From: the human T2T-CHM13v2.0 reference genome, Homo sapiens
Direction: 5' to 3' (one strand)
NCBI RefSeq assembly: GCF_009914755.1
Contig: NC_060930.1
Length of the DNA: 64,000 nucleotides
Shown: piece after piece, positions 36,671-48,332 of the stretch
Numbering within the stretch: the stretch's first letter is position 1
How the letters are laid out: every line of letters starts with the position of its first letter
Notes under the pieces: model-generated
Told to the model about the DNA's origin: nothing
Seen by the model: the letters and a program-made list of their open reading frames with translations, nothing else
Database searches by the model: none
Translations under genes and position numbers: made by a program

Positions 36671-39569
36671 TGCATGTCAGTTTCCCCTATTGCAGCAACC
36701 AAGGGCCACCAGCAGCTCCAGAGCCTTTAACTTAGGGCTTTACCCCAGAAAATGGGCAGCCCCTGCACCTCTGGCTTCAGGCCAGAAGTCCCAGGAAAGA
36801 CTGTCACACGCCCCCCAGAGCCGCGCCTGGCCCTGAGCTGAGGGGCTCTGGTGTCGTGAGGAACCCGATAGTGAGATCCACAGCTCCTCTGGGGCCTGAG
36901 CTTTCCAGGGCCTGGGTGGGGCCAGGCCACCCACCAAGAGGAGCCACCACACAGGAGGCAGGACCGCCCTGCGAAGTGGTCTGAGGGTCTTCTTGGTCTT
37001 GTTCCATGGTGTCATGCTTGAAGCTCTGTCCGTCTGTCTGTTGGCCCAGCTTTCAGAATTTCCACGTTTCCCTTACGTTGTAAGTTACCACATAAGGCTC
37101 CCTATTGTAACCCCCTGTGGTGAATACATGTGCTTATAACATTGTTTTATAACCTCCCAGCTGACTGGCTCCTCAAGCACTGAGTGGCATCCCGTAATAG
37201 GAGAGGACGAGGCCGTGCGTCCACACTTCAGGAGCGGGGCGCCCTTCCTTGAGCTCACTAAGGAGGCACAGCCTCATCGTGTTACTCCCAGAGTTCTGAT
37301 TTTCCACCCTTAGTCCTTCTTCTCCTTAAATATTATGTTAAACCAATGCCTTATTTACTAATAACTTCTTGAATATTTTTCTTATGATTTTGCTTTGTGT
37401 TGATGACATTGTTGTTTTGCTTGGTGCTTTTTAAAATGTGCAGCATGTATTTTGAAGCTTGAGAAAAGTGGGCGGATGGTTTGCAGTCTTTCCATGTCCA
37501 GGGGCCTCCTGCCGTCACGTCCACACACCCCTGGGGCGGCACAATACCAGGTGTCTTTTTCAGGGTCAGAGCCTGTCTCTGACCGCCCCTGGGGAGATGG
37601 TCCAGGCATAGTATGGCACTTGCTTTTATGCGTCTGACATTTTTCCTCTTCTGTTTTGTTTTTTTCTTGTGCAAAAATTAGAAGTAGGGTTCACACACAT
37701 ACACATGTTATTTTGCATTTTTACTCATTAAGGAGCCACTTCCAGGAAGTAAACTATCAACCTGGAGAAATGTGATAGGTAAGATGATGGCCTCATTCTT
37801 GGCCACATCTTAAACTTTATCAGAAATTACATTTCCACAGATAATCTAGCTAAGTGCCTACATTCCCCATTTCTCTTTCCATATAAATAGACATTAAGGC
37901 CCTCAAATGCCATTTATTCCTGACTGACACTCTAGCAGTAGCTAACATACTATTTCCTTCTTTGTCTCAAAGGTTATATTGATAGATCCGTACTGGATTC
38001 TAGAGGAAAAACCCAAGTCTTCTTCATACAAATATTAAATCTGTGAACACACCAAAAAATTACATTTAACCCTGGAGAGAATCCAGAGGTAGAATGAAAA
38101 ATGATTCACAGCTGTTAAATTTAACTTTAAAAATCATTAATGATGCCTAAGTATTTATATTTCTTTAACTCATGCCTAAATTATGAGGACTGGTTTTAAT
38201 AAGTATTTTTAATAAAAATTTCTATTTCTTAAAAAAAGCCTTTAATTAAGAGAGCCAGCGTTGTGACGGGTACAGCTGTAAACCAGAGACCACGATGCAC
38301 CCTGTGGCCGCCATTCAAATTAAAGGCTCAGAGAGCAGAACGAACATGCAAGGTTGCAAAGCTCCATCCATAAATAAGGCCACAGAGTGTGGCCTTCAAC
38401 TCCCCTGTTGCCTCAGGCTCTGGCAGCAGAAGAAGCTGATGGAAACGCCCACAGCCTCTTCAGGACGGGTCTGCAGCCCTGGTCCCCGCGGCACACAGGG
38501 ACAGAGTGCCAGGGTGGTCCCGGGAGCGCCCGTCCACACCGGCTTGCAGCCGGAGACACCCGGCCCTTCCAGTCAGTGTCCGCCTGCCTGGGGAACACCT
38601 GCTCAGGGCTCCCAAGTGCTCGCTGGCATCAGCAGCCTGGACGCAGCCTGCACATCTCAGCCCCATGCTCAGTCCGACAGTCCCCACCAGGTGTGTGGCC
38701 AAATCGCCCAGCAAGTGAACGCACCGATGAAGGAGCGTGCGGCCGCTCAGCCACGGCCCTCCAAGGTCTCATCTTCCACAAGGCCTCTCTCAGAGCCGAG
38801 GTCTCATCTGCAAAAGGGAAGCGACTCTGCCTTTTCCCTCACATTGACGGCGCGTTCCTGCCTGGCCTCAGTCCAGAGGACGCTCAGCTCCTTCACCACG
38901 TGGATGGAGCTGGAAAAGGCCCTGGACCCGGCGCTGGAAGGAGAGCACTGATCCCAGCCTTGTCGGGCGGCCACGCGCTTTTGCAGGGTGTGTGTTCGTT
39001 CTCACCTGCAGAAGGAGGCGGGGACTGCACGGACGCTCATGTCCCTCCCAGAGCTGGAGCTTATGGGAGCCTCCAGCAGGATTCAGGCCACAGCCACACC
39101 TGCAAGTGTGTGGTGCTTGGACCCACCCTGCTGCCCGGTACAGGGGAACTTCAAGTGGGTCTTTATGGCTCTGAAACATGCTCCTTCTGCGCGGCAATGT
39201 TGGGATTAATGTGGCATTGACCACAGAGGCGTGAGGGTTACAGCTTACAGCTTCTGCCACGTGCTTAGCACTGAGAACACCAGTGGGCGAAATGGCAAAC
39301 CTGAAGTGGTTTTATTTAAACCCGAGAGAGAGGAGGGCCCTGCTTCCTCCACCACCCCACTGTGGGCTCCAGAGGCCGCCTTTTGCTTTCCTCTGGGAAA
39401 AATAAAATTTAAGATCATTTTCATTCTATGGGTTGAACTTGACCCCTGATTACCGCGGGCCAAGCTTGAGTGCTGTGACCAGTCATCACACTCAACATTT
39501 CTAGGCCATTTCGACTTTTTCCAAACATGCTAGAAACAGGGCCTGATTTCATTTGCACAAATCCACTCA

Positions 39570-39680
39570 TTGTACTGATTAGGAAGCCGAGAGCATCAGT
39601 GATTTGCCTAAGGTCACATAGAGCAAGTGAGTTACAAAGCCAAGACTGGAACCGGGTCATAAATACTAAACCTGAGTAAG
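39570..39680 (-). mobile_element. MIR fragment
   Basis: 'agtgatttgcctaaggtcacatagagcaagtg...agccaagactggaacc' is antisense MIR. Confidence 0.6.
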
Positions 39681-39774
39681 GAGCCCAGCCCTTATGAGTG
39701 TTTGTCTGAAGCTCTGGTTTGTGTCTATCTTGCACTAGTTTGTTAAAAATAGCATCTAACTTGCCTAAAAGAGC

Positions 39775-39814
39775 AAAAAAAAAAAAAAAAAGAAAAAAAG
39801 AAAAAGAAAAAAAA
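39775..39814. repeat. Isolated poly(A)-rich tract
   Basis: 40 bp of A interrupted by 3 G, with no adjacent Alu body. Confidence 0.9.
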
Positions 39815-41726
39815 CAACTGTTGAAAAACTAGAAAACAGGCTTATTTCAACATTCGTCAGGGCATCAGCCATATCTCTGTGTTGACTGGGAGCCACAGGG
39901 CCACATCCAGTGAACCCTCTGATTGTTCAAAGTAAGTGGCACATATAAGGCCATCAAATGCCCATCTGCTGAGAATGTATCTCGGGCAGTGTAGTAGGAA
40001 AGGCCCCTCACGTTTTGCGCCTCCTCCACCGGCATTCCTGGGACAGCACTGATGACTAAGGGAGAGTAACTTCCAGGGAAAGTAACTTCCAGGGAAAGGA
40101 GGCGACTGTCCTGCCCGGCATGAGGGTGCCGGATTCACCTGGAATGGGATGGCCCCAGGGAAGCGCTAAGCAGGCAGGATGGAGGGCAAGGCCAGGGCTT
40201 CAGCAGCCGCCACTGGTGGATCAAACAGTGAGCACGCAGGGGTGAAAACCGTAATCCAACCTGCACTGGTGGAAGACGCTCCCAGACCAGCCGCCATGGG
40301 CTTCACACACTATATTTTTGAGAACAGTTCGTCATCCTGCTCTGTGGATCCAAACTGTTAATCCACAGAGTCCTCGCAGTCCCAGGCTACTGCTAATTAG
40401 AGGCTCTGCAGACCTTTGGGTTGGACTTTTTAACTGTTTCATTCCCTTCCTCCTACCCCTCCCAAAAGGACAGCTGTGGTGACAGGCTCTTATCACCCAA
40501 GGCCAGCATTCCAAGCCAACCTCTTCAGGAGTTGTCTCCACAGGATGCAGGAGAGAATGGCGCTATTGTGCTGGCCGTGGAGTGGGCTGGAGATGGCACC
40601 TGTGGAGCTGAATGACTGGCTGTATCACCTGCATTACTACAACCACACTTAAAGCACGGTGTAGACCAGCTAATTCCAGGGGCAAATTCCTGCTCTCCCT
40701 AGTCTTGAGGAAACCCCAAATGCCCACGTCCAGGGACGTATTTGCTGCTCTGTGGGGTTAGGCTGCTTGGCCTGCAGAGAGCTGGGGCAAAGGCTCCCTG
40801 TGCCCGCAGCTGGTTTGGAAGAGGTGGCTCTGTGTGTGGCTTTCTGCTGGACGGCCGCACCCACAGGTGTGTGGTGGGAACTGTATCTCCTACACCACAG
40901 GTGCCCAATGGTCTGTGGAATGATTGCTAGCCAAGGCCATCTTTTAAGTGATGATTTCATTGCAGGAAATATAATGTTGGAATGATTTTTTCATCTCAAG
41001 TGAAGCCATACTTAGTTTGGCTCCCCCACTCCCATCCCACCTTCTCTGCACAGTGACTGCCTGTTTAGGAGAAATTACGGCATCAAACCCAAGGGTCCGC
41101 TCTCCTCCCACCACACAGCTTCTCAACATCCTTAAACACAGCCCTGTGATGCGGACAGAAAAAAGGCCCCCGCCCTGCCCCTCCTTGATATTCTCACATG
41201 AGCCTCCAGGAAAGTCCTGGGCACCTTTCCCTAGGAAATTACTATTTTCTGGAAATCTCAAAATGACCAAAAAGGTTTTGTAGGACTTTGTTGTTGTAGT
41301 TGCATCAGAAAAACTGTATTTTTGTTTTTCCAAACACAAAATATTACATAGTGTTAAATACGCCTTTGCAAACCAGGGCCTCCCACAGGAACCTCTCCCC
41401 TCAAGATGCTGATGAGGGCCAGCTTCTGCACTATCAGCCCATCTGAGTTTTTTAAGTTGGCACTGGTGGATGACAGGGCAGCAGATGAACATCTTGGCAA
41501 CACAGAACAGATCCAAAGGTATAAGGTCCTGAGAAGCTCCACCACCGGGCAACAACAATACCACTGATGAGGGAGACGGCAGAGAAAGACAGTCCAGAGT
41601 GACCACAGGGGCATCCACATTAGGCCCTAAGCACACCTCCTGCAAATCAGCATCAGTAGCACTACTGAAACCTGTGTCTTGGGTCTGCTGGAAACATGTC
41701 AATCACATGGTGAAACAAAATTATAT

Positions 41727-42863
41727 AAAGGTGCAGATACAGATACAGAGGCAGATGCAAAGGAACATGCAAATGCAGATGCAGAGACAGATGTAGGTAC
41801 AGATGCAGGTACAGATACAAATGCAGAAACAGATACAGGTACAGATGAAGATACAGATACAGATAGGTACAGATGCAGGTACAGGTGAAGATATGGATAC
41901 AGATGCAGATACAGTTACAGATGTAGATGCAGATATAGATTCAGATGCAGATGCAGATACAGATACAGATGCAGGTACAGACATAGACACAGACACAGGC
42001 ACAGATACAGATACAGATACAGATGCAGATACAGATGCAGATACAGACACAGACACAGATACAGATACAGATGGAGATACAGATACAGTTGCAGACACAG
42101 ACACAGATGCAGATGCAGACACATACAGATGTAGATACAGATGCAGGTGCAGATACAGAAATAGATACAGATACAGATGCAGATACAGATACAGGTGCAG
42201 AAACAGATGGAGATACAGATGCAGATACAGATGCAGATACGGATGCAGATGCAGATACAGATGCAGGTGCAGATACAGACATAGATACAGATACATATGC
42301 AGACACAGACACAGATGCAGATGGAGATACAGATACAGATGCAGATGCAGGTGCAGACACAGATACAGATGCAGAAACAGATGCAGGTGCAGATACAGAA
42401 ATAGATACAGATACAGATGCAGATGCAGATACAGACACAGATAAGATGCAGATGCAGACACAGACACAGATACAGATACAGATGCAGGTGCAGATACAGG
42501 CATAGATACAGATGCAGATACAGATGCAGATACAGACACAGATACAGATGCAGATACAGACACAGATACAGATGTAGATGCAGACATAGACACAGATACA
42601 GATACAGATGCAGGTGCAGATACAGGCATAGATACAGATGCAGATACAGACACAGATACAGAAGCAGATACAGACACAGATACAGATGTAGATGCAGAGG
42701 CAGATACAGATGTAGATGCAGACACAGACACAGATACAGATACAGATACAGATGCAGGTGCAGATACAGGCATAGATACAGATGCAGATACAGACACAGA
42801 TACAGATGCAGATACAGACACAGATACAGATGTAGATGCAGAGGCAGATACAGATGCAGATGC
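41727..42863 (+). repeat. Hexamer satellite (CAGATA/CAGATG/CAGACA)n, forward arm
   Basis: 6 bp periodicity throughout, with internal higher-order block duplications. Confidence 0.97.
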
Positions 42864-42917
42864 AAGACAGAGTCTGTTCAAGGAAGATACACATACAGAT
42901 ATAAGACAGAGTCTGTT

Positions 42918-43300
42918 CATCTGCATCTGTCTCTTTATCTGCATCTGTATCTGCACCCGTACCTGCATCTGTATCTGTATCTGCATCTGCATCTGCGTTT
43001 GTATCTGTATCTGTGTATCTACATCTGTATCTGCATCTACATCTGTATCTACATTTGTATCTGCACCTGTATCTGTACCTGTATCTACATCTGTATCTGC
43101 ATCTGCATCTGTATCTGTGTATCTATATCTGTATCTGTGTCTGTATCTGCATCTCCATCTGCATCTGTATCTGCATCTGTATCTGTATCTGCATCTGCAT
43201 CTGTATCTGCATCTACCTCTGAATCTGGATCTGCATCTGCATCTGTGTATCCGCATCTGTATCTGTATCCGTGTCTGCATCTGTGTCTGCATCTGAACCT
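42918..43300 (-). repeat. Same hexamer satellite in inverted orientation (TATCTG/CATCTG)n
   Basis: Reverse complement of the upstream motif family. Confidence 0.97.
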
Positions 43301-44074
43301 CTATCTTCCTATTTGTATTCATCTTCCTGGTTGGGCCTCAGACTCTGTCTCGTCCCAGTCCCCTCAGGGTGGTCTCAGGATGCCCACACTTGTTGGAACT
43401 CAGCCAACTTCTGTGGCCCACTGGTCTCCTGCATCTCCAGGCTCTGTGCCCAGGCCTCCTGAGGCTTAGACATTTTTCTGAGGTCATCAGGAAGCTCGTC
43501 TACCCCTTCCTTGCCCTGAAACACATTTCTCCCTGCCTTCTGGACTTTCCACCTCCACCCAACATGTCAAGACAAACTTACCACTCCCGCTGGCCTGGGT
43601 GTGTTCCTAACTTGTCCTTCCCAAGCTTTGACCAGTAGCCTCAGACCCCACAGAATGAAGGCCCTTCCTCCCTCTTCTTGCGATGTCCAATGCCAACCTG
43701 CAGCCCCCCGCTTGTTGTCGTGGGTCTCTACTTTCTCCTTATCCCACACTCCTGTCGTAAGTCCCACCACCATCTCCCCACGGTTCCCTCTTTTTGCTCT
43801 CCTCATTTCAGTAGGCTTTGCACATGGCAGCCTTCAATCACATCCTTCCCCTGCCCGAAACTGACTCCCTTTGCCTTCCAAACCAATAATGTGGTGTGTC
43901 CCTCCCTACCTCTCCTGGCTTCTGTCTCTCCTTCCTAATATGTAACTTGCATCCTCTGAACCTCCATCTTGTCCAAGTGGGAACAACCCTGGTGAGAGTC
44001 TGGAAGCTGGATTCTAACTGTGGCCCCTGGGCCTCCATTCCCCACCATGAACCATGGAGGCTGAACTACATCAA

Positions 44075-44225
44075 TGGGTCTCTCACCTGAATGTATGTGT
44101 GGGTCGCCTGGGGTTTCGCTAAGATGCAGATGCTGATTCAGAAACTCCCGGTTGAGACCGAGGCTCTGCATTGCTGACCAGGGCCCAGGTGACTCCAGGA
44201 TTGCTGTCCAGGTAATGCCTTGGGA
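44075..44225. mobile_element. MER5A-like hAT-Charlie MITE
   Basis: 'atgcagatgctgattcag...gaggctctgcattgctgaccagggcccaggtga' resembles MER5A. Confidence 0.6.
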
Positions 44226-44309
44226 CCAGAGCCAGGGGCCAGACATTCTGTCCTGTCCTCCAGACCCAGCATCCCACAGCAGGAGCACACAGCTGTGGCC
44301 AAGCATGTG

Positions 44310-44500
44310 AGCTGAAGCCTCTGCTTTCAGAGTCTGACTCCCAGCTCTGCCCCACTACCTGGCTGACTCAGCAAGTTATGTAGCCCCTAAACCCTGGTGC
44401 TCTTCCTGGAAACACAGGGGCACAGTCTGCACTCCGTCTAAGGGTTGCTATAACAATTAAATGAGATAAACCATTTGCAGGGCTGGCACTGCCTGATGAG
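44310..44500 (+). mobile_element. MIR SINE
   Basis: 'cccagctctgcc...gcaagtta...agggttgcta...attaaatgagataa'. Confidence 0.7.
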
Positions 44501-45361
44501 AAAGGCCCTCCGCAGGTTCCTACTCTCACCTTGGCATCAGGCTTCTCCTGAGCTCACACAGGGCCCTGGGCCTCGGATGCTGGGGAGGGGCCACCACCCC
44601 AGGGCTGGATATCTGGGGCTGATGGCAACCTGGAAACGTGCCCGGCCCTGGAAACCCGCCCATCCACATCCTCCAGGTCTCCCGTCTGGCCAGCAGGCGT
44701 TTGGAACATCCAGCCTTCACTGAGCCCTGGGGGAGGCCTCCCTATCCCCAGCACAGGGCGTGCTCAGCAAGAGGCCATGAACTGCAGGAACAGGAAATGG
44801 AGGAGAAAATCTTCTGTTTTGTAAACACAGTGTTTGGTTTCAGGAGGATGGATTCAAACCAAAGAACCCATGTGGACACGTTGTACCCTTTGAAGCATCG
44901 CACACAATTTTTACAGACTGTGGGTATTTCCAAAGAATGCATTCAGCACCATCTCTATCCAATGACGGGAAAGAAAGCCAAGATTGGATTTCTGAGGCAG
45001 CATTAATACATAATGAAATTCAGATTTCAAAATTATGAAGTCTTAATCAGAATCTACCTCACAAGATACCACCTGAAAATTCCAGTGCTATCCGGGGTGC
45101 CTTTGCGTGGTAACAGCAATTGCCATTACCAAGACTTAAGACAAGCTAGACGCTGTTGGAACAATGCAGGCTCCCAGGTCAACATCAGCTTGACTGAAAT
45201 GGGATGTTTCTGTACTTGAGCTCTGCAACAGTAATGAAGAGCTCCATCTGGAAATCATTCCAATAACAACGACGACTGTCTTCTGCTTCAATCGATCATT
45301 CTATGGTCCCCACCGCTAGCCAGCTCTATTTCTGCAAATGTCTTAGAAGTGTGGATGTGTA

Positions 45362-45683
<322 letters not shown>

Positions 45684-46710
45684 TTATGGTCTCATTCCTA
45701 GTGCTGCTTTGCCCTAGGGAAATGCTGGTCACAGCAGTGTTGGTAGCTCCCTCCCTCCTTGCTTCCCGCTGGGTCTGAGCTCCTTTCTCTGGGAGGTAAT
45801 GGCTGTGTTAAGAAGGGCTAGCAGGATGGGACTAGCTCCAGAGCCCAGGCTGCAACGTCCCCATCGGCGCTGGGGCTGAGTTCCAGGAGGAAGAGCAGGA
45901 GGCTGGGGGATTTCCAGGAAGTCTCTAACCTCAGCAAACAAGAGCAAAGCTATCTGCCCATCAGACCTGGGCCACTCAGGCGCTTTTCCTGGTGGGTGAC
46001 AGCCGCCAGGACTCTGAGGAAAGGCCATGGTGCTTTCTAAGGGCCCAGGAGAGGCCAGTCCTGGGCTGAAGGGAAGGAGCCCTTATTTTTCCAGTGACAT
46101 GAGTTGTCCAAGCATTTTCCATGCACTCCCCTTCAGAGAACATTTCTGTCAAATGAAACTGTTGCTTCCTCCACTTAACAATCCAGAAGGAGCTGCCCTC
46201 ATGCCCCAAGAGCTCACCCTCCCCAGCTACAGGGCACGGGGCTTTCCAGGGTCCAGAACCCAGGCTGGGGTGGCCAGGCCCATAGGTCAGGAATGAGCGT
46301 TTCCCAGCACAGCCGCCCTCAGCCTCCTCCATTGTACAGGAGGCAGGGAGCATGGGAGGAAGCTGCCAGCCTCCCTCCGAGGGCCGTGGCCCAGCACAGC
46401 TCGCCCACCAGACAGAAGTCACACAGGCCCAGCCCCCTTGCTCAGCGCAGCCCCAACACAGGCCTCCTGCCTCCCTCGGTCTGGGACCCACTCCCCACAG
46501 CACCTCCTAATTGAGGACTCTGGTTCTCCGTCTGGACGGCAGACCTAGAAACAGCCACAGACACAGGCTTGCTTCCTTGTGGTAAACAGACAACACAAGG
46601 CAACGCCCCACGGTTCGCAGTTCTGTGGATTTTAACTCCTGTGTAGATTTCAGCGGCCACAACCACAATGAGGGCAGGGTACATCCCAATGCCCCAAACC
46701 CCACAGTAAC

Positions 46711-46858
46711 CCCTCTCCTCAGTCACACACCAGCCCCTCCAAGGCCCTGGCCCTGACCCCCTCTCCGCAGTGACACACCAGCCCCTCCAAGGCCCTGGCC
46801 CTGACCCCCTCTCCTCAGTCACACACCAGCCCCTCCGAAGCCCTGGCCCTGATCCCTT
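46711..46858. repeat. Tandem repeat, 48 bp x3, inside the L1 3'UTR
   Basis: 'ccctctcc' at 46711, 46759 and 46807, each followed by 'cacaccagcccctcc.a.g.ccctggccctga'. Confidence 0.92.
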
Positions 46859-48005
46859 CTCCAGAGAAAGTCACGGAGGTGGGATGATGGAATGCCACCT
46901 CAGAAACTGCCTGCCTTCCTTCAGCAAAAGGCCTTGGGTTTCAACCACACTGTCTCCTCGCTGCTGAGAGGTATTCCACGGCATGGAGGGGCCCGTTCCT
47001 TTATCCTTTCGCCCATCGAAGGACATTTGAGTTGCTTCCAGTTTTTGCCAAACTGGAAAACAGTTTATGAATACAGCTGCTGTCAATATTTGTGTGCAGG
47101 TTTTTAGATTAACGTAAAGTTTCATTTCTCTACAGAAGATACTAAGGACTGGGATTGATGAATCACATGGTATGTTTATGTTTATAAGAAACTGCCAAAC
47201 TGTTTTCCATTCTACATTCCCACGAGGAAGTGTGAGCGTTCCCACTTCTCTGCATCTTTCTCAACAGTGAGTGTTGTCAGCATTTTTTATTTTAGTCATT
47301 TGAATGGCTGCACAGCAGGAGCCCCTCATGCTCCGATGTACATTTCCCTGAAGGCTTGTGATGTTAAACACCTTTTCCTACGTGTATTTGCCACATTTGT
47401 GATCTCTTGGTGAAGTGTCTATGCAAATATTTTGCTCTTTTTTTTTTTGACCAGATTGTTTGGTTTCTTACTATTGAGTTTTGAGAGTTCTTTATATGTT
47501 GAAGACAAGCCCTTTGTTGGATATGTGCTTTGAACATATTTTCTCCCACTCTGTAACTTGTCCTTTCATTTTCTAACACTGTCTTTCACAGAAAATGTTT
47601 TCATTTTAATGAAGTCCAATTTATCAGTTATTTTATGGATTGTAGTTTTGGTGTGTGTTTAAGAACTCTTGGACTAACCCCAAGTTATGAAGATTTTCTC
47701 CTATGTTTTCTTCTAAAAGTTTTACAGTTTACCTTTTGCATTCAGGTCTATGACATATTTTGTATTAATTTTCTATAAGGTTGAGGTTTAAGTCAATATT
47801 CACTTTTCTGCAAATGGATGTCCAATTGTTCCAAGAGCATTTGTTGAAATCCTGTTTCCACTGAATTGCCTTAAACCTCTGTTGTTATGGCCACGACTAG
47901 CCATAACTGTGTGGGTCTATTTCTGGACTACCTATTCTGCCCCATCAGCCCAGTCACAGGCGTGTGACTGTCTTTGTCAATATCATACTGTCTTAATTAT
48001 TATAG

Positions 48006-48332
<327 letters not shown>

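Noticed and set aside
38295-39220. Overlapping 218 and 277 aa ORFs, considered as a processed pseudogene or exon
   Set aside because: I recognise no homologue in any frame, and there is no poly(A)/TSD or convincing splice context. Compatible with chance in GC-rich DNA, though a BLASTX would settle it.
40944-41702. 252 aa minus-strand ORF in unique sequence
   Set aside because: It starts at TTG, has no recognisable domain, and crosses compositional boundaries.
41721-43469. Dipeptide-repeat ORFs (DT/DA, CI, YL/HL, RY/RC)
   Set aside because: Translations of a hexamer satellite.
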